Positions 52,091-64,000 of a stretch of DNA of 64,000 nucleotides are shown here, one piece after another. Within the stretch, counting starts at the first letter, position 1. Each line of letters opens with the position of its first letter. Under the pieces are notes generated by a model. That model did no database searches and had not been told where the DNA came from. It saw only the letters and a program-made list of their open reading frames with translations. Position numbers and translations under genes: made by a program. The stretch comes from Paraspadella gotoi (lineage: Eukaryota > Animalia > Chaetognatha): the NCBI GenBank assembly GCA_051294375.1, contig CM119264.1:222148-286147 (forward strand), given 5' to 3'.

Positions 52091-52248
52091 GGACGGACGG
52101 AAGGACATCGTTTTTTTACATAATTTATCATAATTATATATTCTGACATGATATATGTGAATGCCTGACAAGATTTATGGGGGGGACTGACGGACCGACA
52201 AAGTGAATTATAGAGTCGGGATCTGCTGTAAGCAGGTCCGACTAAAAA
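51439..52248 (-). mobile_element. HINE-like family H1, second copy (inverted)
   Basis: AACAAGTTTGAGCAAACAATGTCGGATTTGC at the left end and GTCGGGATCTGCTGTAAGCAGGTCCGACTAAAAA at the right end are reverse complements of the 35287 element's ends. Contains (GACA/GACG)n; the interior differs. Confidence 0.8.
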
Positions 52249-52959
52249 TCAAGATCCCTTCTCTCCCTCCCTCTCTCCCATCTGTCCTCCCTCCTCCATC
52301 TCTCCTCTCCTTCTCTCGTCCCTCTCTCCATCCTCCCTCCCTCCTCTCCATCTCTCCCTCTCCTTCTCTCGCTCCCTCTCTCCCTCTCCCTTCTCTCCCT
52401 CCCTCTCTCCATATCTCCCTCCCCTCCCTCCCTCTATCCTCTCTCCCTTCTCTCGCTCCCTCTCTCCCTCGCCCGTCTCTCCCTCCGTCCAACCCATTCG
52501 CCCGAAACGCTTTAACTTTAGCGCCATCTGAACGAAAAAACAAACAAAAAATAAACAAACATAAACAGAAAAACAAAAAACAAAAAAAAAACAAGTTCGG
52601 TCCATCCAATGTGTTGAGCCGAAGTGACTTTTTTTCCTGAGATCACGTGATACATGACTATGAAATTTATGGATAACAAACGTCTTATGATTGATTACTA
52701 CTCTGCAAAGTTTTATTTGAAACAACCAGACATAAGCTGCATTTACTCTGTAATCATGTGACTGTAGTTTTGCGTGGTCACGTGACTACACAAGTATGAA
52801 ACATGTACAAAAAGCATTTAAAAATTATTTACCAGTCTTCCAAGTATAAACTAAAATTACTCAGTATTTTGTGAATTATGCCGCATATAATTTAATCTCG
52901 TGAAATTCCGTGTTTTTTCGACACGCACTGTATTGAAATACCGTCGCTTATTTTTTGAG

Positions 52960-53121
52960 GTTTTTTTTCCTGTCATAACAAATGGTCAACCTAGTATATG
53001 AGAGTTATGAGCTTTTTTAACGTATGTGAGACAGACCGAGAGCCAGACAAACCGACCGATCGACAAACCGACAGAGTGACTTATAGAGTTGCTCCGCGAG
53101 TACTCGGAGCGTAACTCACAA
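52960..53121 (-). mobile_element. HINE-like family H2, 5' end
   Basis: Palindromic AGTTGCTCCG-CGAGTACTC-GGAGCGTAACT next to GTGACTTATAG and a (GACC/GACA)n tract. Homologous to the 54459 and 610 copies. Noisy duplicate at ~60310-60475. Confidence 0.6.
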
Positions 53122-53223
53122 TATTTTTGGGGAAAATGTACGTAACTACGCTCTAATGTTTATACATTAATAAATAGATATGAAAACTGTGGTTTTCTCT
53201 TCCCGGAACCAGGAAGCCTTGTA

Positions 53224-53258
<35 letters not shown>

Positions 53259-53608
53259 TGTTTTTTCTCCCCCCCCCTTCAAAGTCCCTCTGGCGTCGAA
53301 GGAACAAAACAGGTTTTTCAAGTGAATTTTGCATTTTTTTCCTTTTTTTGAATTTTTTTTTTTTTTTGCTTTTTTTGTTCTCTACTGAAAAAAAAAAAGA
53401 CTTTAAAGTGAGGATTAGAGATGAGATTAGAGATTAGGAACTGAGGATTAGATTAGATTAAGGAGAGGATTAGAGATTGACTCAACTGGGGTTACAGATG
53501 GGATTCGAGGTATGAGATGGGATTTTAGATGGAAGAAAAGGAAAGGAATAAAATGTTGTTTCTCTTTTTTTTGTTTCTTTAAAAAAAAACACATTCATCC
53601 ATATTTCC

Positions 53609-53658
<50 letters not shown>

Positions 53659-54293
53659 ATCTCTCTGTCTTCCTTCTTATCCCTCCCTCCGTCCGCTCTC
53701 TCCTTTCCCCTCTCCCTCTCTCCCCTCCCACTATCCTTCCTCTACCTCTCTCCCTCTCTCCCTCCCCCTTCCTCTCTCCCCCCTTACCTCTCTCCCTCTC
53801 TCCCTCCCCATCGCTCTCTCCTTCCCCTATCTCCGCTCCCTTTGTCCCTCTCTCTCTCCCTCCCCCTTTCTCTCTCCCTCCCCCTACCTCTCTCCCTCTC
53901 CCTTTCTCTCTCCCTCTCTCCCGAATACCAAAGTACGATCGCGAAATGAGGCGGAAATTGTGAAACGAATCTAGAATAAAGGAAGGGGAGGAAGAGAAGG
54001 AGAGAGAGAGAGAGGGAAAGGGAGAGAGGAAGGGAAAGAGGAAGGAAGGGAGAGGGAAAGGGAGAGAGGAGGGAAAAAAAGGAAAGATAATTTTTATATT
54101 GGTGGTACCCATTTCAAAACAAGAAATAAATGTAAAATATTTTGAGTTTTAAGAGATGATAAACTTCTGGTTGGGATGAGAAAAAAGGCAAGTGCTGTAA
54201 GTCAGTCAAAAGACAAGCGGTCTTGTTATCTAGAAAGTAAGGGCGATTAATGTCGCAGTCCTGATAAGTTGAAGGGAGGGGAGTTTCATGACT

Positions 54294-54362
<69 letters not shown>

Positions 54363-54458
54363 AAAATGGAGACATGAAAATAAAGAGGCTGAAAAAAAAA
54401 GAAAATGAGAGAGAAAAATCAAAAAAATAAAATAAAAAAGAAAAAAAAGAAAGAGAAA

Positions 54459-54700
54459 GCAACTCTATAAGTCACTTTTCGGTTGGTAAGTCCGTCGGTC
54501 TGTCTGTCTGACTTATAACTCGCCTATAGTTGGTTTCTCATTTGTTAAGACAGGAAAAAACTCAAATCTAAGGGACTACAAATGTCGCCTTCTGTTATTT
54601 AAAGAAATTTCATATAAGCTATAAAAAAAATAAAATAAAGTCGAAAATACACAAAAATATACGGGATAATGATATCACTGCGGCGCAACACAACATTTGA
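54459..54700 (+). mobile_element. HINE-like family H2 copy
   Basis: GCAACTCTATAAGTCACT..TCGGT(CTGT)n..CCTATAGTTG..CTCATTTGTTAAGACAGGAAAAAACTCAAAT, ending near ATCACTGCGGCGCAAC. Confidence 0.6.
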
Positions 54701-54814
54701 CTTTCCGTTCTTGTTTTCTTTTTAGGCCGTTTTTTACGTTTGACTCATGAAAGATATTACGCTTCGTGTCCATCTTTCCCTACTTTTTTGGTAAATATAT
54801 TTTACGGCGTTTTC

Positions 54815-55120
54815 GGCACTCTTATATAAAACGCCCCATTTTAACTTAAATTCAAAATTTTAATTGTTTTTAGATTTTATAATTTGGTTGAGGATATGGA
54901 GTAGTTCATGGATTAGGGGTTAGGGATTTAGTTAATGTTAGGGTTACGGTTTGGGTTAGTGTTTAGGTTAGGGTTAAAGGTTAGAAAATAAGGTTTGGGA
55001 TTAGAAATTGAATTAAGGGATCAGAATTAGGGAATAGATTAGGGATGAAGATTAAAGAATAGATTAGGGATCAGGATTATGGAACAGATTTAGGATCGGG
55101 AATTGAGTTGAAATTGAGGG
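54815..55120 (+). mobile_element. Partial TTAGGG-array MITE-like element (left TIR plus array)
   Basis: GGCACTCTTATATAAAACGCCCCATTTT followed by a TTAGGG/TTAGG array. Other partial ends occur at ~43571, ~48114 and ~59160. Confidence 0.55.
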
Positions 55121-55397
55121 TCAAAATCTTTTGGCTATCGTCGTCGCAATCGTCGTCTTCGTCGTCTACGTCTAATCATTAGCTTGATCTTTTTTTTTTC
55201 AATTTCGTTCCGTAGCTGGCCAGCGAGGGCGCTGCCGTCGGTGGCGCTTGGATTCAGTTTTTGTTGATTCGAAATTGAGGGTTAAATTTCCTCTTGAGCC
55301 GCTTAAATCAACTGATTGTCACCTCTCTCTCTCTCTTTACCTCTCTCTCTTTCTCTCTCTTCTCCCTCTCTTTCTTTCTCTATCTCTCTCTTTTTCC

Positions 55398-55431
<34 letters not shown>

Positions 55432-55599
55432 CCCTCCTCTTTGCCTTAACTCCCTCTCTCCCTCTCTCTCTTCTCTTTCTCTCTTTCTGTCTCTCTCTCC
55501 TCCCTCTCTTTCTCTCTCTATCATCTTTCCCTCCCTCCCACCCTAACTCTCTCCCTCTCTCTCTCTCCTCTCTCTCTCTCTCCTCTCTCATCCTCTCTC

Positions 55600-55635
<36 letters not shown>

Positions 55636-55755
55636 CTCTCCTCTCTCTCTTCCTCTCTCTCTCTCTCTTTCTCCTCTCTCTCCTCTCTCCCTCTCTCCCT
55701 CTCTCTCTCTCCTCTCTCTCATCTCTCTCTCTCCTCCCTCCCTCCTCCACTCTAA

Positions 55756-55822
<67 letters not shown>

Positions 55823-58800
55823 CTCTCTCCTCTCTCCCTCTCTTCTCTCTCCTCTCCTCCTCTCTCTCTCTCTCTCTCTCCCTCCCTCCCCACCCTAACT
55901 CTCTCCCTCTCTCCCTCTCTCTCTCTCCTCTCTCTCCTCTCTCTCTCTCTCTCCCCTTCCCTCCCTCCCCGAAGAATTCAAATCATTTGCAAGTTTCTCT
56001 CTCCTTTTATGAGGCCGTTTAAAAGAAATCCCGGCAAGAGGCAGGATTTCGCCTGCCCGGAAGTCTAAACGCGTTCGTGCAAGTTACGGGCATCGTGCGT
56101 GCACGTAAGAGGGCACGTACGCGGCCGGACACGTCGTGCGAGCAATGGGGGCACGTTTTTTGCCGGTTTGGGGTCATAGCCTCACTTTGTTTTAGTCATT
56201 TTTTTATAATGTTTTTATACGTTTAAAGCTTTTAAAAATGCTTTATATATGTATATATATAAAATAATTTTTATAATTTTTATCTAATTTTATTATTTGT
56301 GAAAATAAAGTCTTGCCAAAAAAATAAGAACAAAAAATGTTCAAACCGTTTATTAATAACAAAAAGCGATATTAACATAATTGAAAACAAAACAAAACAA
56401 AACCGTTCAATTTTTCTCAATCTTTATACTCAATATTTTGAACCCTTATACTCTATTCAGAGTTATAAACTTTGGTTTAGTGTTGCGGGTTATTATCTTT
56501 AATTTGGCTAATAAATCCAATTAATTAAATGTAAATCCTAGCGTTTATGAATAAATCCCAATTGAATAAATTTTTAAATCCAATAATTTTACGATTCGAA
56601 ATTCTTAACGACGCTGCGGTCTCTTGAGAAATTTTTAATGGCATCGTCTCCAGGGTTAGGAATTTTCTTTTCTTTTTTTTCTTTTTTCTTTTTTCTTTTT
56701 TTCTTTTTCTTTTTTCTTTTTTTTTTAGTTTATTTATTATTGACTTTCTCATATTTTTTAAGTCTTTCTATCTTTTCATCTTTATTTTCCTTTAAATCTG
56801 ACTTTCCGCTGCTTCACCGATTAAATGATGCGTGAATCTTCCGACGACTTACCTTGAATTAACTTACCTACTTCACTCAAGTTATGATTTCCAAAAGATT
56901 TCCTTGGCTCGAGTTGATCCAAAATCTTAAAACCGTGAAACTCTCTAAGTGACTTGAGTGTCGGTCAGTCGGTCAGTATGTCTGTCTGTCCGTCGATCTG
57001 TCCCACTTATGTTTTAAATATTTATAACTCGAATATTAATGTAACAGTAATTTCATATTTGGTAGGAAACTACGGAACCCTAAGATCCTTAATGATCATA
57101 TAAAAAAGTAATGACATGACTAAAAATTCAGTGAGGCATTATTCATAATTACTGAGTCATTTTGAGTAATGCTTCACAGACAATTATGGTATCATTAATA
57201 TTTGTATTGTGTATTTTTTTCATACTGTGTAATAAGGCGTAGTAAAATTCCTAAGTTTAACTTTAATTCCTGATCTTCTCTCTCCTCTCCCTCTCTCTCT
57301 TACTCTCTCCCNNNNNNNNNNNNNNNNNNNNNNNNNNNNNNNNNNNNNNNNNNNNNNNNNNNNNNNNNNNNNNNNNNNNNNNNNNNNNNNNNNNNNNNNN
57401 NNNNNNNNNNNNNNNNNNNNNNNNNNNNNNNNNNNNNNNNNNNNNNNNNNNNNNNNNNNNNNNNNNNNNNNNNNNNNNNNNNNNNNNNNNNNNNNNNNNN
57501 NNNNNNNNNNNNNNNNNNNNNNNNNNNNNNNNNNNNNNNNNNNNNNNNNNNNNNNNNNNNNNNNNNNNNNNNNNNNNNNNNNNNNNNNNNNNNNNNNNNN
57601 NNNNNNNNNNNNNNNNNNNNNNNNNNNNNNNNNNNNNNNNNNNNNNNNNNNNNNNNNNNNNNNNNNNNNNNNNNNNNNNNNNNNNNNNNNNNNNNNNNNN
57701 NNNNNNNNNNNNNNNNNNNNNNNNNNNNNNNNNNNNNNNNNNNNNNNNNNNNNNNNNNNNNNNNNNNNNNNNNNNNNNNNNNNNNNNNNNNNNNNNNNNN
57801 NNNNNNNNNNNNNNNNNNNNNNNNNNNNNNNNNNNNNNNNNNNNNNNNNNNNNNNNNNNNNNNNNNNNNNNNNNNNNNNNNNNNNNNNNNNNNNNNNNNN
57901 NNNNNNNNNNNNNNNNNNNNNNNNNNNNNNNNNNNNNNNNNNNNNNNNNNNNNNNNNNNNNNNNNNNNNNNNNNNNNAGCATCGCTTTCCTTCACTTTTT
58001 AAGGGAAGCTTTTGCTTTTCTTTTTAAGGGAGAGGAATCTATTTTTAAGATGAATGATTTAACACAAAATATATATTGTAACCAACTAACAATAAACAAC
58101 AAAGCCAACAAACTGCTAGTTAATTTATTTTTTTTTAAAACGCTTTGGGGGGGGGAAAACCCCAAAAAAAAAAACCAAACCCATTTTTTTTCTGGCATTT
58201 TCTCCCGGATGATCACGTATTACTACACAGAAGGCGTAGGTGAAAGTTAATATAACATTCTAAAAGTCAATTCATAGAACAAGCACATACCATCCAAGTG
58301 ACACTTCAATTTGTAAAAAAAAATAATTTTATGTTCTTTTATTTTCGCCCAAGTAGGCTATTATACCTAGTATACTCTATACCTATTAGTATACGTATAA
58401 ATTCGCAAGTTCAAAACTAGGGCTTTTCTTAATTTTGGATATGCAGATTTGAATTTCTCGTCAAAAGTTGATAAAGAAATTATTAAATCATTTTTTATAA
58501 AATCTCTTTCATTTACAAGGCGGTGTGCTTTGCCACGTCGTATTTCTTTTTATACTTAAAATTAAAAAAAACTACTAAATTCTAATATTATAATAAAATT
58601 TTAATTTCAGCATATAAAAATATACTTTTCTAAATTATTGAGCCACCCACTATAATGACCTCAGGGAATTTTTTCAAAAAGAGTTATATTCCTTTGATCA
58701 TCAACTTTTTATACAAATCCCAAATCTGCCAAAATAATCTTAGAAAAAAACTGTTTTGAAAATTTTAACATTTACATTGGTTTTAGTACTAAGTATCATA

Positions 58801-59447
58801 TTGGCCGCGCCTAGCTGCGTCGTAAATTTAAAACTTTATTATAACATTTTTTTATGCATAAATGTTTCATAAACGTATAATGTTGTTACGTTACCTCACT
58901 TTTAGGTATTTTTTACGAGAGAGACAGAGACAGAGACAGAGACAGAGAAGAAAATGAAGAAAAATGAGGAAGAATAAACAAAAGACAAAACCGGAAATGA
59001 TCTCAGCGACGATGATGATGATGATTGCGACGACGACGATGACGACGACGATGACAACGACGATGACAACGACGATGACGACGACGATGACTATGATTAA
59101 ATAATAATAAAAAGAGAAAAAGACCAAAACAACGACGACAACAAGATGAAGGGAAAACTGGCTCTCTTTTCCGAGAGTGCCCCATTTCTGGCTCTTTTTT
59201 TCGAGATTGTCCCATTTCTGTTTGTTTATTTTAAGATTTATTTTTAACCTTAATATTTAATAAAATAATGGAAAAGTGTATTCTATGGTATTATTATCTT
59301 ATATTATTACATGTATTTTCGCAATACCCAATTCTGAATTTTAAATAAAATGTGATGTTCTGAGAAAATACGGGCGGGAAACTTCGCTGGGAAGAAACTC
59401 GTCCCAAGTTATTCTTCATTTTCTTGTGTTTGTTGTTTCGGTCGTCA

Positions 59448-59480
<33 letters not shown>

Positions 59481-59509
59481 NNNNNNNNNNNNNNNNNNNN
59501 NNNNNAAAA

Positions 59510-62500
59510 AAGAAAGGAAGAGAGATAAGATCCACTTCCTCTCCTCCCTCTCCTCCCATCTGTCCTCCCATCCTCCATCTCTTCCTCTTCGGTCCTTTCT
59601 TCGCATCGCTCTCTCCATCTCTCCTCCGCTTCGCTCGCCTTCTCGTCTCTCCTTCTCGTCGCTCCTCTCTCCTCTCCTTTCTCTCGTCCTCCCTCTCATC
59701 AGTATCTCCCTCTGCCTCCCTCCTCTAATCCGTCTGCCCTTCTGCGCTCCTCCTTCTCCCTCGAGCCCGTGCTCTCCCTCAGGTCCAACGACCATTGCCC
59801 GGAACGCTTTTAAGTACTTTAGCGCAATCTGAACGGAAAAAGACAACAAGAATGACAAACAATTTAAACAGAAAAACAAAAAACAAAAAAAAACAAGTTC
59901 GGGTCCATCCAATGTTGTTGGAGCCGTAAGTGACTTTTTTGTCTGAGAGTGACAGGTGATAACATGAAGCTATGAAATTTATGGATAGAGAAACGTCTTA
60001 TGAATTGATTACTGACTCGCTTCTGGAAAGTTTTATTTGGAAACAACCAGACATAGCTTGCATTGTACTCTTGTAATTCATGTGACTGTAGTTTGCGTGG
60101 TCGACGGTGACTACACAGTTGAAAAGCATGTACAAAAGCATTAAAAATGTATTTACCAATCTTGCCAAGTATAACTAATAATTGATCGAGTAGTTTTGGT
60201 GAGATTATGCGCAATGATAGATTTTAGAGTCTTGTGAAATTCGCAGTGGTTTTTTCGGCACGCACTGTAATTGGAAGATATCCGTCGCTATTTTGTTGAG
60301 TTGTTTTGGACTGTCATAAACAGAGTGTCAACTCTAGTATGATGAGGAGTTATGAAGGCTTTTTTAAACGTGATTGTTGAGACAGAACCGAGAGCGCAGA
60401 CAAACCGACGCGATCGCAAACGCCAGAGTGACTTATAGGAGTTGCGCCGCGAGTTACTCGGAGCGTAGCTCACAATATTTTTTGGGGAAAATGTACGGTA
60501 AGCACGGCTCTAGTGGTTTAGTTACATGTATAATAGATATGAAAGACTGGTGGGTTTTCTCTTGCCGGAACCGAGGGAGCCTTGTTAGTCGTCGTTTCGT
60601 CCGTCGGGTCGTCGTCGTTGTTTTTTTCTCCCCCGCCCTTCAGAGTCCTGTCTGGCGTCGGAAGGAACAAACCCCCAAAAGGGTTTTTTTTTTTGTTTTC
60701 AAGTGAATTCTGCATTTTTTTGCCGTTTTTTTTGCATTTTTTTTTTTTTTTTTGCATTTGTTTTTTTTTTTTTTTTTTGCTTTTTTTGTTCGTCTACGTT
60801 TGAAAAAAAAAGACTTAAAGTGAGGATTAGAGATCGAGATTAGGAGATTAGGGAACCGGTTGAGGGATTAGATTAAGATTAAAGGAGAGGATTAGAGATT
60901 GACATCAACTGGGGTTACAGATGGGATTCGCAGTATGAGAAGGGATTGTTCAGGAGTGGAATGAAGAAGGCAAAGGGAATGAAATATGCGTTTGGTTTCT
61001 CTTGTTTTTTTTGTTGGTTCTTTTAAAAAAAGAAGACATTCATCCATATTTCCCCTTGCTCTCTGCTCGTCTCTCTCCGTTGTCGTGCTCTCTGCTCGTC
61101 TGTTCTTTCTTCGTGTAACCTCCCCCGGTCCGTCCGCTCTCGAGTCCTTTCCCTCCTTCCGCTCTCTCCTGGCTCGCCCCGATCACACTATCCTTTCCCC
61201 CTACCGTGCTCGTCCCGTCTCTCCTCCCCCTTCCTGCTCGTCCCGTCCCCCTAGCCTCTCTCCGCTCTCTCCTCCGCGGCATCGCTTCTCTCGCTTCCCC
61301 TATCTCCCTCCGTTGTCCCTCTCGTCTCTTCCCTCCCGCCTTTCTCTCTCCCTGCGCCCTACTCTCTCCTCTCCTTTCTGCTCTCCCTCTCTGCGCTGAA
61401 TAGCCTAAAGTACGATCGCGAAATCTGAGGGCGGGAAATTGGTTGAAACGAATCTAGAATAAAGGAAGGGGGGAAGAGAAGGAGAGAGAGGAGAGAGAGG
61501 GAGAAAGGGAGAAAGGAGAGAGGGAAGAGAAGGGAGGAGAGGGAGGGGAAATGGGAGAGAGGAGGAAAAAAAATGGAGAAGATCAGATTTTTTTATATGT
61601 GGGGTACCGGGCATGTTCAAGAAGCAAGAAAGTAGGTGTAGAAATATTTGAGTTTTAAAAGTGAGATGATAAATTTCTGGTTGGGATGAGAAAAGAAGGG
61701 CAAGTGCTGGTAAGTCAGTCAGAAAGACAACGGTCTTGTTATTCTAGAAGTAAGGCCGATTAATGTCGGCAGTCCTGATAAGTTGGAAGGGAGGGGAGTT
61801 TCATGACTGGAAAGAGAGTAGAGAGAGAGAGAGGAGAGGAGAGAGAGGAGAGAGATGAGGAGAGAGAGAGAGGAGAGAGAGAGAGAGAATAAATATGGAG
61901 AACGAATGAATAAAGAGGCTGAAAAAAAAAGAAAATGAGGAGAGAAAATATCAAAAAAATAAAATAAAAAAAGAAAAAAAAGGAAAAGAGAAAGCAACTC
62001 TACTAAGTCACTTTTCGGTGGTAAGTTCCGTCGGGTCCTGTTCTGTCCGTGATTATAACTCGCGCTATAGTTGGTTCTCATTGTGGGTTAAGGGGACAGG
62101 GAAAAAACGCAAAGTCTAAGGGAAACGAACCAAGTGGTCGCCTTCTGTTATTTGAAAAGAAAATTGTCATATAAGGGCTATAAAAAAAATAAAATAAAAT
62201 CGGAAAATACACAAGAAATATAGCGGGATAATGATATCGCTGCGGCGCGAACGGACAACATGGTTTGACTTTTCGTTTCTTGTTTTCTTTGTTAGGCCGT
62301 TGTTTAACGTTTGGACTCATGGAAAGATCATTACGCGCTGTTCGTGTTCCCATCTTTGCCTACTTTTTTGTGTAAATATATTTTACGGGCGTTTTCGGCA
62401 GCTCTATATAAAAACGCCCCATTTTAAACTTAAATTAAAATTTTAAATTGTTTTTAGATTTTTAGATAATATTGTGGTTGAAGGCAGAGTGGAGTAGTGT

Positions 62501-63600
62501 TCATGGATTAGGGGTTGAGCGGGATGGTTAGTGTAATTTGTTAGGGTTACGGTGTTGGGGTTAAGGTGTTGTTAGGTTAGGGTAAGGTTGAGGAAAATAA
62601 GGTTTGGATTAGGAAATTGAGATTGAAGGGATCAGAATTAAGGGATAGATAAGGTGAGAGATTAACGAATTAGGATTAGGGATGGGAAAGAGGATTATGG
62701 GAACAGATGTTAGGATCGGGATATTGGAGTTGAAATTGAGGGTCAAAATCTGTTTGGCTAGTCGTGTGCGTGCAATCGTCGCATCGTGCCGTCTTCGTCG
62801 TGCTACGTCTAATCATTAGCTTGATCTTTGTTTTTTTCGAGATGTTCGTTTCCGGTAGTCTGGCCAGCGAGGGTGCGCTGGCCGGTCGGTGGCGCCTTGG
62901 AAGTTCAGTTGTTTTGTTGGTGTCGAAAATTGAGGGTTAGATATTGTCCGTCTTGAGCCGCTTAGAATCAACTGATTGGTCCCACTCTCTCGTTCTTGTA
63001 GCCTCTTCCTGGTCGTTTTCTCGTCTTCGGTTCTCGCCTCTCTTTTTCTTTCTTCTATCTCTCTCTTTGTTCCCGTCTTCTCCTCTCTCGTCTCTCTCCG
63101 CCCTCCCTCTCTGCCTTTAACTCGCTCTGCTCTCTCTCTCGTGCCTTCTCTCTGTTGCTGGTCGTCTCTCCTCCGATCCTCATCTGTTCTTTCTGCGTCT
63201 AGCTTTCTCTTTTCTCCCGGCACGCGCTATACGTTCTCGTCCATCTCTCTCTCTCTCTCTCTCCGTCCTCTCGTCTCTCTTCACTCTTCTCGTCGTCTCT
63301 CTCGCTCTCTCTCGTCTCTCTCGCTCTCTCTCTCTGTCCTCTCTCGTCGTATAGTTCGTCTCTCTATGTCTCTCTCTTCGGATCGTCTCGTCTGCTCCTG
63401 TCTCTCGTCTCTCCCTCTCTCACCTCTGGGCTCGTCGTCTCCTCGTTCTTCTCCTCTCTCTCTCTCGTCTCCCCTGCCTCCGCCACGGTCTAGGACTCTC
63501 TGCTCTCTGCTCGGCTCTCTGCTCTGCTCTCTCTCTCCTCTCTCTCCTCTCTCTCTCCTCTCTCTCTTCTCTCTCTCTCTCCTCTCTCTCTCTCCTCTCT
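59510..63600 (+). repeat. Error-rich ~4-kb duplicate of ~52250-55900 (probable raw long-read fill)
   Basis: Colinear with the first copy, begins after a 25-N gap (59481-59505) and has dense random insertions. Confidence 0.9.
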
Positions 63601-64000
63601 CTCTCTCTCCTCTCCTCCCCTCTCTTCAGCAGTCAGCCATCCTGTGACCAAGACACCGCCAACCAACGCGAGAAAACCCGGCCCAACCCGCTGCTCGACG
63701 ACGACCGACGACGGACGACCGACCGACGACGGTTGACGCAACCGCACCGGGACGACGACGACGCACGACGACGACGGACGACGACGTCTGACGACGGACG
63801 TTGAGAACGACCGGACGCCACGACGACGACGACCGACCGACGTGACGCACGACGTCTGACGACGGGACGACGCAACGACGACGACGAACGCCACGACGAC
63901 GACGCACAACCGTTAGACGACGGACCGACCGACGACGACCGCCACGAACGACGACGACGACGTTGACACGAACCACGCACACGACAGACCGACGACGCAC

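Noticed and set aside
63626-64000. GC-rich Arg/Ser/Val ORFs at the window end
   Set aside because: This is an error-ridden (GAC)n microsatellite in noisy long-read-derived sequence.

Overview
This is a eukaryotic, probably invertebrate-animal, repeat-saturated scaffold segment. I find no credible protein-coding gene: the listed ORFs are translations of (AG)n/(GAC)n microsatellites, minisatellites or N-gaps. Three large duplications (6827-15815/15841-24831, ~30830-32420/~32425-33970, ~52250-55900/~59510-63600) differ mostly by scattered 1-nt indels. Two of them start at 25-N gaps, so they are most likely long-read gap-filling artefacts. The main biological signal is a complete ~730-bp non-autonomous LTR retroelement (TRIM) at 13854-14588 and 22915-23640, on the minus strand. 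It has TGT...ATA termini, a PBS, a PPT and a 4-bp target duplication (GAAC), and each LTR carries a tRNA-like RNA polymerase III A/B-box promoter ~50 bp from its 5' end. Three further 'SINE-like' repeat families share that architecture and look like solo LTRs; one of them carries a twister-ribozyme-like motif. Also present are a MITE-like family wrapping degenerate TTAGGG arrays, two Helentron-associated (HINE-like) families, a nested-insertion stack, a head-to-head 16-bp satellite and many minisatellites. Boundaries were read by eye and may be off by a few bases.
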